This document shows, piece after piece, positions 26,854-35,296 of a DNA stretch of 64,000 nt. The notes under the pieces were generated by a model that did no database searches, had not been told where the DNA came from, and saw only the letters and a program-made list of their open reading frames with translations. This DNA comes from Candidatus Rokubacteria bacterium RIFCSPLOWO2_02_FULL_73_56 (lineage in GTDB: Bacteria > Methylomirabilota > Methylomirabilia > Rokubacteriales > CSP1-6): the NCBI GenBank assembly GCA_001788495.1, contig MGCF01000111.1:9101-73100 (forward strand). Direction: 5' to 3'. Within the stretch, counting starts at the first letter, position 1, and every line of letters begins with the position of its first letter. The translations under genes and the position numbers were made by a program.

Positions 26854-28395
26854 TCAGTCGTCGAGCGCCCAGAGCGTCGGCGGCGTGCCGGGCAGGCCCA
26901 GCTCGCCCCACCGGGCGGCGACGGCCTCGTAGGTCGCGCGGCTCACTTTGGTGCGCCGCGAGAAGTCCTTCAGGTACCGGTGCTCCATGCACGCGTTGAT
27001 GAGCGCCTTCGAGCCGTACGGGCGCTCCTCGGGCGGGTTCTGGGTCGGGTCGAGCCACGTGGACCACGTCTGGCGCAGGACGTCGATGTCCTCGGCCGGG
27101 TTGCAGCGGGTCGCCATGGCCCAGATGACCTGGTTCGTGTTCGACGGGTCCACGTCGTGGTCCACCGCGACGATCCACTTGGCGTAGTAGGCGCCGCCCG
27201 GTACCTGCGCGGCGAGCGCGAGCGCCTGCGGGGCGTGGCCGGCGTAGCGCTGCTCGAGCGCGACGACGGTCATCCCGAAGCCGCCGGCGGCCGCCGGGTG
27301 GGCGTACACGCCCTTGATCCCGGGCACGCCGACGCGGTCGAGGTCGTTCCAGATCCGCGCCGAGCGCGCGATCGCGTAGAGGAGCGCGCACTCGTTGGCC
27401 GGATAGTCCGCCATCAGCGCGTTGGTGTGGATGGGGTTGTCGCGGTAGTGGACGGCCTTGACGTCGATGAGGAAGGCCAGGTCCTCGGGCCGGCCGTAGT
27501 AGCCCGTGAACTCGCCGAACGGGCCCTCCATCTTCTGCGAGCCGGGCGGGATCACGCCCTCGACGACGATCTCGGCGCGCGCGGGGTAGTAGAGGCTCGT
27601 GGCCTGCCCCTTCACCAGCTCGACCGGACGCCCCAGGAGGCCGCCGAGGTAGTCGAGCTCGGAGACGGTCTTGGGGAACGTCTGCGAGGCGACGATGAAG
27701 GTCGCCGGGTCGATCCCCCAGCAGCAGACGACCTCGGCGGGCTGGTTGCGGCTCCAGTAGCGCTCGATGTGCAGGCGCGCGTCCTTGCCGGGGGAGAGGT
27801 AGAGTCCCACCTGGTTCTTGCCCTGGACCATCTGCCGGTACGTGCCGACGTTCAGCCAGCCGCCGTCCGGGTCGCGCGTGATGATCGCATCGCACGTGCC
27901 GACGTACTCGCCGCCGTCGCGCGGCCAGTGGCGGGAGGCGGGGAACCCGCGGACGTCCACCTTGTCGTCGCGCAGGTGGTTCTCGTTGACCGGCTGCCCC
28001 TCGCCCTCGACGACCACCGGCGGGATCGGCGTCGTGAACTTCGTCTTGCAGCGCTGGATGATGTCCATGATGCCGAGGCCGGTCGGCTCGCCGATCGCGA
28101 GCGCGAACCGGTCCACGCTCGAGCCGATCGGGTTCCACAGCGCGCTGAAGCCGCGCGGCGAGCCCTTGACGTTCTCGAACAGGAGCGCCGGCGCGCCGAT
28201 CTCCTGGTGCGCCAGGTACGTGATCGCGCCCATCTCCTCGCGGCGGCCCACCTCCGCCTTGATCCGGCGGAGCTGCCCGATGCGCTCGACCCGGGCGAGC
28301 CAGTCGCGCAGGTCGCGCGGCCCCTGCGTCGCGCCCGCGGCGGCGGGCTCGGCCCCGCGCCCCGGCGTCACGCCTCCGACTGCCATCTCTTCCAT
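26854..28395 (-). CDS. UbiD-family (prFMN-dependent) decarboxylase, copy 2 (513 aa)
   Basis: GAGGAG RBS, then MEEMAVGG. UbiD pattern: PALLFENVKG, GTYRQMV, EGPFGEFTGYYG and WIVAVDHDVDPSNTNQVIWAMATRCNPAEDI. The upstream part of the track ORF (to 28950) is shadow over the IclR gene. Confidence 0.9.
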   Translation of the reverse strand: MEEMAVGGVTPGRGAEPAAAGATQGPRDLRDWLARVERIGQLRRIKAEVGRREEMGAITYLAHQEIGAPALLFENVKGSPRGFSALWNPIGSSVDRFALAIGEPTGLGIMDIIQRCKTKFTTPIPPVVVEGEGQPVNENHLRDDKVDVRGFPASRHWPRDGGEYVGTCDAIITRDPDGGWLNVGTYRQMVQGKNQVGLYLSPGKDARLHIERYWSRNQPAEVVCCWGIDPATFIVASQTFPKTVSELDYLGGLLGRPVELVKGQATSLYYPARAEIVVEGVIPPGSQKMEGPFGEFTGYYGRPEDLAFLIDVKAVHYRDNPIHTNALMADYPANECALLYAIARSARIWNDLDRVGVPGIKGVYAHPAAAGGFGMTVVALEQRYAGHAPQALALAAQVPGGAYYAKWIVAVDHDVDPSNTNQVIWAMATRCNPAEDIDVLRQTWSTWLDPTQNPPEERPYGSKALINACMEHRYLKDFSRRTKVSRATYEAVAARWGELGLPGTPPTLWALDD

Positions 28396-28427
28396 CGTCG
28401 TCTCCTCGCGGCCGCGGCGCGCGGCCG

Positions 28428-29174
28428 TCAGATCAGCTTCGTCAGCCTGGCGGACGCCGCCTGGAGCAGGCGCGCCCAGTCGCGGACCCGGTCCCGGCGG
28501 AGCCGGAAGAGCGGCCCGGCGACGCCGAGCGAGCCCACGCAGGCGCCCGGCGCGTCGCGGATCGGGACGGCGAGCGCCCAGGCGCCGGGCGACACCTCCT
28601 CCTCGCTCCACGCCCAGCCCGCGCGCCGGATGCGCCCGAGCTCCGCCTCGAGCGGCTCGGCGCGCGTGATCGTGCCGGGCGCGAAGCGGCGCAGCACGCG
28701 CGTGCGCACGAGCCGGGCGCGCTCGGCGTCGGGCAGGAACGCGAGGATCGCCTTGCCCGAGGCGCCCGCATGGAGGGGAAACACGCTGCCCGGCTGCATC
28801 GCGTGCTTGATCGGCCCGTTGCCCGACTCGGCGGCCTCCACGCAGACGCGGTTGGCGCCGTCCCGCGCGTAGAGGTACACCGACTCGCCGATCTGGCGGG
28901 CCAGCGCCGGCATCGCCGCGCGCGCCGCCTGCCGCAGCTCGTGCAGCCACGCGTTCGCGCCCCCGAGCCGGTAGAGGAGCACGCCCGGGGCGTACTCGCC
29001 GGTCGCCGGGTCGTGCCGGACGAAGCCGCGCTCCTCGAGCGCCGCGAGGAAGCGGTAGAGGGAGCTCCGCGGGAGCTTGGTGGCCGCGGCGAGCTCGGCG
29101 AAGTCCTGCCGGGGCCGCTCGGCGAACAGGCCGAGGATGTCGAGGCCGCGGCGCAGCGACTTCATGTCTCGCAT
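28428..29174 (-). CDS. IclR-family transcriptional regulator
   Basis: N-terminal wHTH (LRRGLDILGLFAE...FAELAAATKLPRSSLYRFLAALEERGFV) and a C-terminal IclR effector domain (PLHAGASGKAILAF, GWAWSEEEVSPGAWALAVPI). Confidence 0.9.
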   Translation of the reverse strand: MRDMKSLRRGLDILGLFAERPRQDFAELAAATKLPRSSLYRFLAALEERGFVRHDPATGEYAPGVLLYRLGGANAWLHELRQAARAAMPALARQIGESVYLYARDGANRVCVEAAESGNGPIKHAMQPGSVFPLHAGASGKAILAFLPDAERARLVRTRVLRRFAPGTITRAEPLEAELGRIRRAGWAWSEEEVSPGAWALAVPIRDAPGACVGSLGVAGPLFRLRRDRVRDWARLLQAASARLTKLI

Positions 29175-29240
29175 TGTGAGATCACTGTCCCGCCCCTGCA
29201 ACGCGCGCGGATTATGGCGACGCCCGGCGCCCCCTGTCAA

Positions 29241-29260
29241 CCCGAATCGCGCGCTTCGGG
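29241..29260. promoter_or_regulatory. Near-palindromic 20-mer in the iclR / racemase-like divergent intergenic region (candidate operator)
   Basis: cccgaatcgcgcgcttcggg is 18/20 self-complementary and lies 17 nt upstream of the ATG at 29277. Confidence 0.3.
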
Positions 29261-29276
29261 TACAGTAGGGGGCACG

Positions 29277-30014
29277 ATGGGCGACGGGCGCGTCCGGGGC
29301 GGGCAGAACCAGTACGGATTCAGCATCGGCATCCTCGTGCTCGACACCCGGTTCCCGCGGATCCCGGGGGACATGGGCAACGCCGCGACCTTCCCGTTCC
29401 CCGTGCGCTACCAGCGCGTGGCCGGCGCCGGCCCCGACCTCGTGGTGCGACGCGGCGCGGAGGGGCTCCTGCCCGCCTTCGTCGAGGGGGCGCGGGCGCT
29501 CGAGCGCGAGGGCGTCGGTGCGATCACGACCAACTGCGGCTTCCTCGTGAAGTTCCAGGCCGAGCTGGCGGCCGCCGTGAGCGTGCCGGTCTTCACCTCG
29601 AGCCTCCTGCTCGTGCCGCTCGTCCACCGGCTGCTGCCGCCGGGCCGGCGCGTCGGGATCCTGAGCGTGAGCGGCGCCACGCTCACGCCCGAGCACCTGC
29701 GCGGCGCCGGCATCGGCGTCGAGGTGCCGCTGGCGGTCGCGGGGCTGGAGACCGAGAAGGAGTTCACGCGGGTGCTGCTTGGTGACGAGCTCGAGCTCGA
29801 CGTCGACCTGGCGCGCGCGGAGCACGTGCGCGTCGCGCGCCGGCTCTGCGCGGCGCACCCCGACCTCGGCGCGATCGTGCTCGAGTGCACGAACATGCCG
29901 CCCTACGCCGCCGACGTCCGGCGGGCGACGGGGCTGCCCGTCTTCGACATCGTCTCGCTCGTGACGCTGCTCCACACGGCGCTCGCCGCGGGCTTGCCGC
30001 CGCGCCCCGCCTGA
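29277..30014 (+). CDS. Asp/Glu/hydantoin racemase superfamily protein
   Basis: Two conserved Cys-containing segments (AITTNCGF and IVLECTNMPPY), characteristic of two-base racemases and isomerases of this superfamily. Confidence 0.7.
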   Translation: MGDGRVRGGQNQYGFSIGILVLDTRFPRIPGDMGNAATFPFPVRYQRVAGAGPDLVVRRGAEGLLPAFVEGARALEREGVGAITTNCGFLVKFQAELAAAVSVPVFTSSLLLVPLVHRLLPPGRRVGILSVSGATLTPEHLRGAGIGVEVPLAVAGLETEKEFTRVLLGDELELDVDLARAEHVRVARRLCAAHPDLGAIVLECTNMPPYAADVRRATGLPVFDIVSLVTLLHTALAAGLPPRPA

Positions 30015-30038
30015 CGCCGGCCCCGCGCCGACCGCGCC

Positions 30039-31934
30039 TCAGCCGCCCGGCGCCGGGACGGCGCGCCGGGCTCGGCCGTCCCGCCGCTCGGCGCGCCAGT
30101 CCCACGCCCCCAGCAGGACGAGCGCGACGCTCGTCGCCACCGAGATCGCCAGGTGCGGGCCGACCGCGGCGAGCGCCACCGCGGTGAGCAGCAGCCGCCG
30201 CCCCCAGCCGAGTGGGCGGAACATGTGGCCGGCGACGACGGCCGAGAGCGCGGCGATGCCGATGGCCGCCGAGACGGCGGCGACCACGATCTCGCCCGGC
30301 GTGCCGCGCATGAGGAGCGGCGGCTGGTAGACGAACAGGAACGGCGCGAGGAAGCCGCCGATCGCGATCCGGAACGCCTGCCAGCCGGTCCGCATCGGGT
30401 TGGCGCCGGCGATCTGCGCGCCGGCGAAGGCCGTGACGGCCACCGGCGGCGTGACGTCGGCGAGCACGGCGTAGTAGAAGACGAAGAGGTGGGCGGCCAG
30501 GATGTCCACGCCGAGCTTCTGGAGCGCCGCGCCGCCGACGGTGACGGCCAGGATGTAGGCGGGCGTCGTCGGGATGCCCGTACCGAGCACGGAGACGACC
30601 GCGAAGATCAGCGCCAGCGCGACGAGCAGGTAGCCGGCCGAGAAATTGATGATCGCGCTCGAGAACGCGAGCGCGAAGCCAGTGCGGCTCATCGCCGCCA
30701 CGATCAGGCCCGACGCGGCCAGGACCGCGGCGACGATCACGCCGGACTTCATGGCCTCGCCCATCGTCTCGAAGATGCGGCGGGGCGTCATCGGCTGCTC
30801 GCCCGCGAACCACGAGACACCGACCGCCACGAGCAGGCTGTAGAGGGCCGACTTCGACGGCGAATAGCCGGCCTCGAGGAAGCCGATCACCACGACGAAC
30901 GGCAGGAACAGGATCGCGCGCCGGGTGAGCCGCGCGAGCGACGGCAGATCCGCGGTCATCGCGCCGATGCCGTGCTTGAGCGCTTCCCAGTGCACCGTGG
31001 CGAGGAGCCCGGTGTAGTAGAGGACGGCGGGCAGCGCCGCGGCGACGATGATCGTGGAGTACGGGATCGCGGTCAGCTCCGCCATGATGAAGGCGCCCGC
31101 CCCCATGATCGGCGGCATCAGCGGGCCTCCGCACGAGGCCGTCGCCTCGATCGCGCCCGCGATCTCGGCCCGGTAGCCGATCTTCTTCATCAGCGGGATC
31201 GTGAAGCTGCCGGTCGCGTAGCAGTCGGCGACCGAGGAGCCGCTGATCGTGCCGTAGAGCCCCGAGGAGACGACGGCGACCTTCGCCGGCCCGCCCCGGA
31301 AGCGGCCGGCGAGCGCGACCGAGATGTCCATGAAGAACTGGCCGACGCCCGAGTGGAGCATGAACGACGCGAACAGGATGAAGATCATCAGCAGGTTGGA
31401 CGAGATGCCCGTGAGCGTGCCGAGCACGCCCTCGTCCGCGTAGAGGTAGAACATCTCGATCAGGCGCGGGTAGCTGTACGCGCGCGGCGAGCGCAGGAAG
31501 CCGGGCAGCCAGGGGGCCAGGACCAGGAACGCGATGAACACGAGCGTGGTGACGAAGAACCAGAAGCCGACCGCACGCCGCGCGGCCTCGAGCACCGCGA
31601 GGACCAGGCAGGTGCCCACGACGACCTGGAGCGTGCTGACGGGGTGCACGCCCTCCCAGCGTTCGGTCAGGGCGTTCGCGTTGGCGATCACGTAGAGCGT
31701 GGGCCCGATCGCCGCCGCGCACCACGCCGCGTCCCACGCGGTCGGCCGCCGAGCGGGCGAGCGCGCGCTCGCCGGGAAGAGCAGGAACGCGAGCGGCAAC
31801 AGGAACATCAGGTGGATCGCGCGCATCGGGCGTGGCTCGAGCGCGCCCGCGTACGCGGTCCAGATGTGGAAGCAGGCGGCGGCGGCGGCCCAGCCGCCGA
31901 CCGCCCACCCCACGGGCCCCGTCAGTCGGCGCAC
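30039..31934 (-). CDS. TRAP transporter fused permease, TAXI type, copy 2
   Basis: 631-aa polytopic protein, paralogous to 23842-25761 (GRFRGGPAKVAVVSSGLYGTISGSSVA, MKKIGY, FYYAVLADVTPPVAVTAFAGAQI). Confidence 0.9.
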   Translation of the reverse strand: MRRLTGPVGWAVGGWAAAAACFHIWTAYAGALEPRPMRAIHLMFLLPLAFLLFPASARSPARRPTAWDAAWCAAAIGPTLYVIANANALTERWEGVHPVSTLQVVVGTCLVLAVLEAARRAVGFWFFVTTLVFIAFLVLAPWLPGFLRSPRAYSYPRLIEMFYLYADEGVLGTLTGISSNLLMIFILFASFMLHSGVGQFFMDISVALAGRFRGGPAKVAVVSSGLYGTISGSSVADCYATGSFTIPLMKKIGYRAEIAGAIEATASCGGPLMPPIMGAGAFIMAELTAIPYSTIIVAAALPAVLYYTGLLATVHWEALKHGIGAMTADLPSLARLTRRAILFLPFVVVIGFLEAGYSPSKSALYSLLVAVGVSWFAGEQPMTPRRIFETMGEAMKSGVIVAAVLAASGLIVAAMSRTGFALAFSSAIINFSAGYLLVALALIFAVVSVLGTGIPTTPAYILAVTVGGAALQKLGVDILAAHLFVFYYAVLADVTPPVAVTAFAGAQIAGANPMRTGWQAFRIAIGGFLAPFLFVYQPPLLMRGTPGEIVVAAVSAAIGIAALSAVVAGHMFRPLGWGRRLLLTAVALAAVGPHLAISVATSVALVLLGAWDWRAERRDGRARRAVPAPGG

Positions 31935-31947
31935 GGCGCTCCCGGCG

Positions 31948-32925
31948 CTACTTCAGGAGGCCGGCCTCCCTGTACGCGCGCTCGGCGCCCGGGTGGAGCG
32001 GCACGTTGGCGAGCCGCACCGCGTCCTTCGGGTCGAAGTGCTTGAACGCGGGGTGGACCTTGCGGACGGCCTCCACGTTCGACACCAGGATCTTGGTGAA
32101 CTCGTAGACTTCCTGCGCCGGGGTCTTGGCGTTGGCGACGATCGTGTTGGCCATCGCGATCGTGGGGATGTCCTGGTCGTTGTTGACGACGTCCTTGTAC
32201 GTCCCCTTCGGGATCACGCCGCGCGAGAGGCCGAGGGCCTCGAGGAACTTGAGGAGGTCGTCCTCCATCGGCAGGATCTTCATCTTCCGCGCGAGCGAGG
32301 CCTCCTGGATCGCGGCGCCGGGCACGGCGAGGTTGGCGAACAGGACGTCCATGTTGCGGTCGCGGTACTGGGTCACCAGGTCGCTGTACGAGACGAGGAC
32401 GACCTTGCCGCCGCGGCCACGCACATCGGCATAGGTCGTCTTGTAGAACTCGAACACCTTCCGCATCACCCACTCGTCGGAGCCGCCCGGCGGCGTGGTG
32501 CCGATCGTGAGCGGCCCCTTGCGGGCGAACACCTCGCGGATCGACTTGGCCGGGTAGTCCGCGGGTACGCAGAACTGGATGTGCACGTACCCGAGGCCGT
32601 TCATGACCAGGCGCATGTCGCCGTGCTTGTCCTTGTACGGGTCCGCGCCGTTGTAGGAGGCGGCGACGAACGGCGGCAGCCCCCAGGCGATCTCGGTCTC
32701 GCCCTGCTGGAGCTTGGTCATGTTCTGGATGCCGGCGCCGGGCACGACCTTGATGTTGAACTTCGGGGCCTTGCTCTTGATCAGCTCGGCGAAGCCGCCG
32801 GCCTGGGCGTACCAGCCGCCGCCGAGCTGGCCGGCCGTCCAGGTGAGGTTGTACTGCTGGGCCAGCGCCGGCACTGTGGCCAGCGCGAGCGCGAGCACGA
32901 GGGCGGTCAGAGAAGCGCGTCGCAT
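31948..32925 (-). CDS. TAXI-family TRAP transporter solute-binding receptor, copy 2
   Basis: GGAGGAGG RBS, signal peptide ending ALAQQ, GQLGGGWYAQAGGFAELI, and C-terminal PLHPGAERAYREAGLLK. Confidence 0.9.
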   Translation of the reverse strand: MRRASLTALVLALALATVPALAQQYNLTWTAGQLGGGWYAQAGGFAELIKSKAPKFNIKVVPGAGIQNMTKLQQGETEIAWGLPPFVAASYNGADPYKDKHGDMRLVMNGLGYVHIQFCVPADYPAKSIREVFARKGPLTIGTTPPGGSDEWVMRKVFEFYKTTYADVRGRGGKVVLVSYSDLVTQYRDRNMDVLFANLAVPGAAIQEASLARKMKILPMEDDLLKFLEALGLSRGVIPKGTYKDVVNNDQDIPTIAMANTIVANAKTPAQEVYEFTKILVSNVEAVRKVHPAFKHFDPKDAVRLANVPLHPGAERAYREAGLLK

Positions 32926-32957
32926 GAGCTGTCCTCCTCCTTGATGTGCGGTGCGCC

Positions 32958-34070
32958 TCACGCGCGCCGCGTCCACTCCTTCACGAACGTCTCGTCCACC
33001 TCGACGCCGAGGCCGGGCCCGTCGAGCGCGAGGATCGCGCCGTCGGCGTAGCGTACCGGCTGCCGCACGACGTCGCCACGGAGCAGGAGCGGGCCGAACA
33101 GCTCGCAGCCCCAGGTGACGGGCGCGGCCGCGAGCGCCACCTGCAGGTACGCCGCGGTGCCGAGCGAGGTCTCGATCATGCAGCCGACGTAGCAGCCGAG
33201 GCCCGCGGCCTCGGCGACGCGCGCGACCGCGAGCGCGCCGAGGATCCCGGCCGACTTCGTGAGCTTGAGCGCCAGGATGCTGACGCCGCCTGCGCGCGCG
33301 ATGGCGAGCGCGTCCTGGGGCGTGAAGCACGACTCGTCGGCCATGATCGGCACCGCGACGCTCCGGCCGATGTGCGCCAGGCCCTCGAGGTCCCAGCGCG
33401 CCACCGGCTGCTCCACGAAGTCGAGGCCGTAGGGCTCGAGCGCGCGGATGGCGCGGAGCGCGGTCGGGCGGTCCCATCCCTGGTTGGCGTCCACGCGGAG
33501 CGCGACGTCGGGGCCGACCGCCTCGCGGATGCGCCGCACGCGCTCGACGTCCCGGGCGACCGGGTGCGCGGCGGTCTTGAGCTTGAAGATCCGGTGGCCG
33601 AGGGCGACGCGCGCGCGCGCCTCGGCGACCTCGGCGTCCGGGCTCGCCACCGCGAGCGACCAGGAGAGCGGCACGCGATCGCGCACGCGCCCGCCCAGCA
33701 GGCGGTGCACGGGCACGCCGAGCGCGCGGCCGGCGAGGTCCCAGAGCGCCATCTCGACCGCGGCGCGCGCGAACGGGTTGCCCTGCACGCGACGGGCCAT
33801 CTCGATCCGCAGGGCCTCGATGCCGGTCGCGTCGCGCCCGCGGAGCCAGGGCGCCACGTAGCGCTCGAGCGTCGCCGCCACGGACTCGGCCGACTCCTCG
33901 CTCCATGTCGGGCCGCCGAGGCACGCGGCCTCGCCCCAGCCGACCAGCCCGTCGCGCGTCTCCAGGCGCACGAAGACGAAGTTGACGGCCTCGAGCGTGG
34001 TGAACGACATCGCGTGGGGGCGCGCGACGGGGATGTCCGCGCGGATGACCCGGACGTCGCCGATGATCAT
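32958..34070 (-). CDS. Enolase-superfamily enzyme (mandelate racemase / muconate lactonizing enzyme family)
   Basis: The MR/MLE catalytic pattern is present: FKLKT (KxK), RVDANQGW, FVEQP, IMADES and LKLTKSAG. ATG at 34070. Confidence 0.85.
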   Translation of the reverse strand: MIIGDVRVIRADIPVARPHAMSFTTLEAVNFVFVRLETRDGLVGWGEAACLGGPTWSEESAESVAATLERYVAPWLRGRDATGIEALRIEMARRVQGNPFARAAVEMALWDLAGRALGVPVHRLLGGRVRDRVPLSWSLAVASPDAEVAEARARVALGHRIFKLKTAAHPVARDVERVRRIREAVGPDVALRVDANQGWDRPTALRAIRALEPYGLDFVEQPVARWDLEGLAHIGRSVAVPIMADESCFTPQDALAIARAGGVSILALKLTKSAGILGALAVARVAEAAGLGCYVGCMIETSLGTAAYLQVALAAAPVTWGCELFGPLLLRGDVVRQPVRYADGAILALDGPGLGVEVDETFVKEWTRRA

Positions 34071-34084
34071 GACGGCCCCGCGGG

Positions 34085-35245
34085 CTACTCGGCGTCGGCG
34101 GCGTCGTGGTGCACGGCGGCGCCGGTCCGGAAGCGGCCCGGGTCGAAGAGCGACAGGTCGAGCGAGGGCCGGCCGGCGGTCAGCCACTCGGCGACGTGGT
34201 GTCCGGTCGCGGGCGAGTGCTGGAAGCCGTGGCCGCCGAAGCCGACGGCCAGGAAGAAGCCCTCGACGCCGGGCGCCCAGCCGATGATCGCGTGGTCGTC
34301 GGGCGTGAGCGGCCGCAGGCCCGCCCAGCCCCCCGCGATCCGCGCCTGCTCCAGGATCGGCAGCCGGTGGACCGCCTTCTGGACCGTCTCCTCGACCTTG
34401 CCCCAGTCCATCGGCACCCGCGTGTCCTCGCCGATGTCCTCGACGTCGCCCGGGCTCAGGAGGACCTGCTCCAGCTCCTTCCTGAAGTAGAAGCCGCTGC
34501 TCACGTCGCTCGTGAGCGGCACCGGCCCCGGGATCTCGGGGAAGGGCTCGGTGAAGAAGATGTGGCGCCGGCGCGGCAGCACCGGCAGCTCGAGCCCGGC
34601 GAGGCGGCCGACACGCGCGGCGGCGGGGCCGGCGGCGTTGACCGCGAGCGGCGTCAGGACATCACCCTGCGAGGTGCGGACGCCGGTGAGGCGCCCGCGC
34701 TCGAGCACGAGGGCGGTGACCTCCACGCCCTCGGCGATCCGCGCGCCGCACTCGCGCGCGCGCCGGGCGAAGGCGTTCGTGACCTCGGTGGGGCCCGCCA
34801 TCCCGTCACTGGGACCCCAGACCGCCGCGCAGAGGTCGTCCACGCGGAGCGCGGGCACGAGCTTGCGCGCGTCGTCCGGCCCGAGGACGCGGACGTCGCA
34901 GCCGAGCTTCGTCTGGAGCGCGACCCGCGGCTCGAAGGCGCGGAGCTGGCGCTCCTCGGCGAGGAGGTAGAGGTAGCCGATCCGCGTGTAGCCGGGGTCG
35001 ACGTCGAACTCCTCGCGGAAGCGCGCGAAGACGGCGATCGACTCGAGCGAGAAGCGGATCTCGGTCTCGGTGGCGAACTGGACGCGGATGCCGCCGGCGG
35101 CCTTGCTCGTCGTACCTGCGCCGACCGCGTCGCGCTCGACGACGAGCACGTCGCGCACGCCGCGGCGGGCCAGGTGGTAGGCGATGCTGCACCCGACCAC
35201 GCCGCCGCCGATCACGACCGCGCTCGCCGTCCTCGGCAGGTCCAT
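34085..35245 (-). CDS. FAD-dependent oxidoreductase (DAO family; sarcosine oxidase beta / D-amino-acid dehydrogenase-like)
   Basis: Dinucleotide fold VVIGGGVVGCSIAYHLARRG...VVERD. DAO-type C-terminus GFFLAVGFGGHGFQHSPATG. Confidence 0.85.
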   Translation of the reverse strand: MDLPRTASAVVIGGGVVGCSIAYHLARRGVRDVLVVERDAVGAGTTSKAAGGIRVQFATETEIRFSLESIAVFARFREEFDVDPGYTRIGYLYLLAEERQLRAFEPRVALQTKLGCDVRVLGPDDARKLVPALRVDDLCAAVWGPSDGMAGPTEVTNAFARRARECGARIAEGVEVTALVLERGRLTGVRTSQGDVLTPLAVNAAGPAAARVGRLAGLELPVLPRRRHIFFTEPFPEIPGPVPLTSDVSSGFYFRKELEQVLLSPGDVEDIGEDTRVPMDWGKVEETVQKAVHRLPILEQARIAGGWAGLRPLTPDDHAIIGWAPGVEGFFLAVGFGGHGFQHSPATGHHVAEWLTAGRPSLDLSLFDPGRFRTGAAVHHDAADAE

Positions 35246-35296
35246 GGGGGCTCCGATTGTACCGCGGCGCACGCGCGTCGGTGATAGGGTGCGCAC

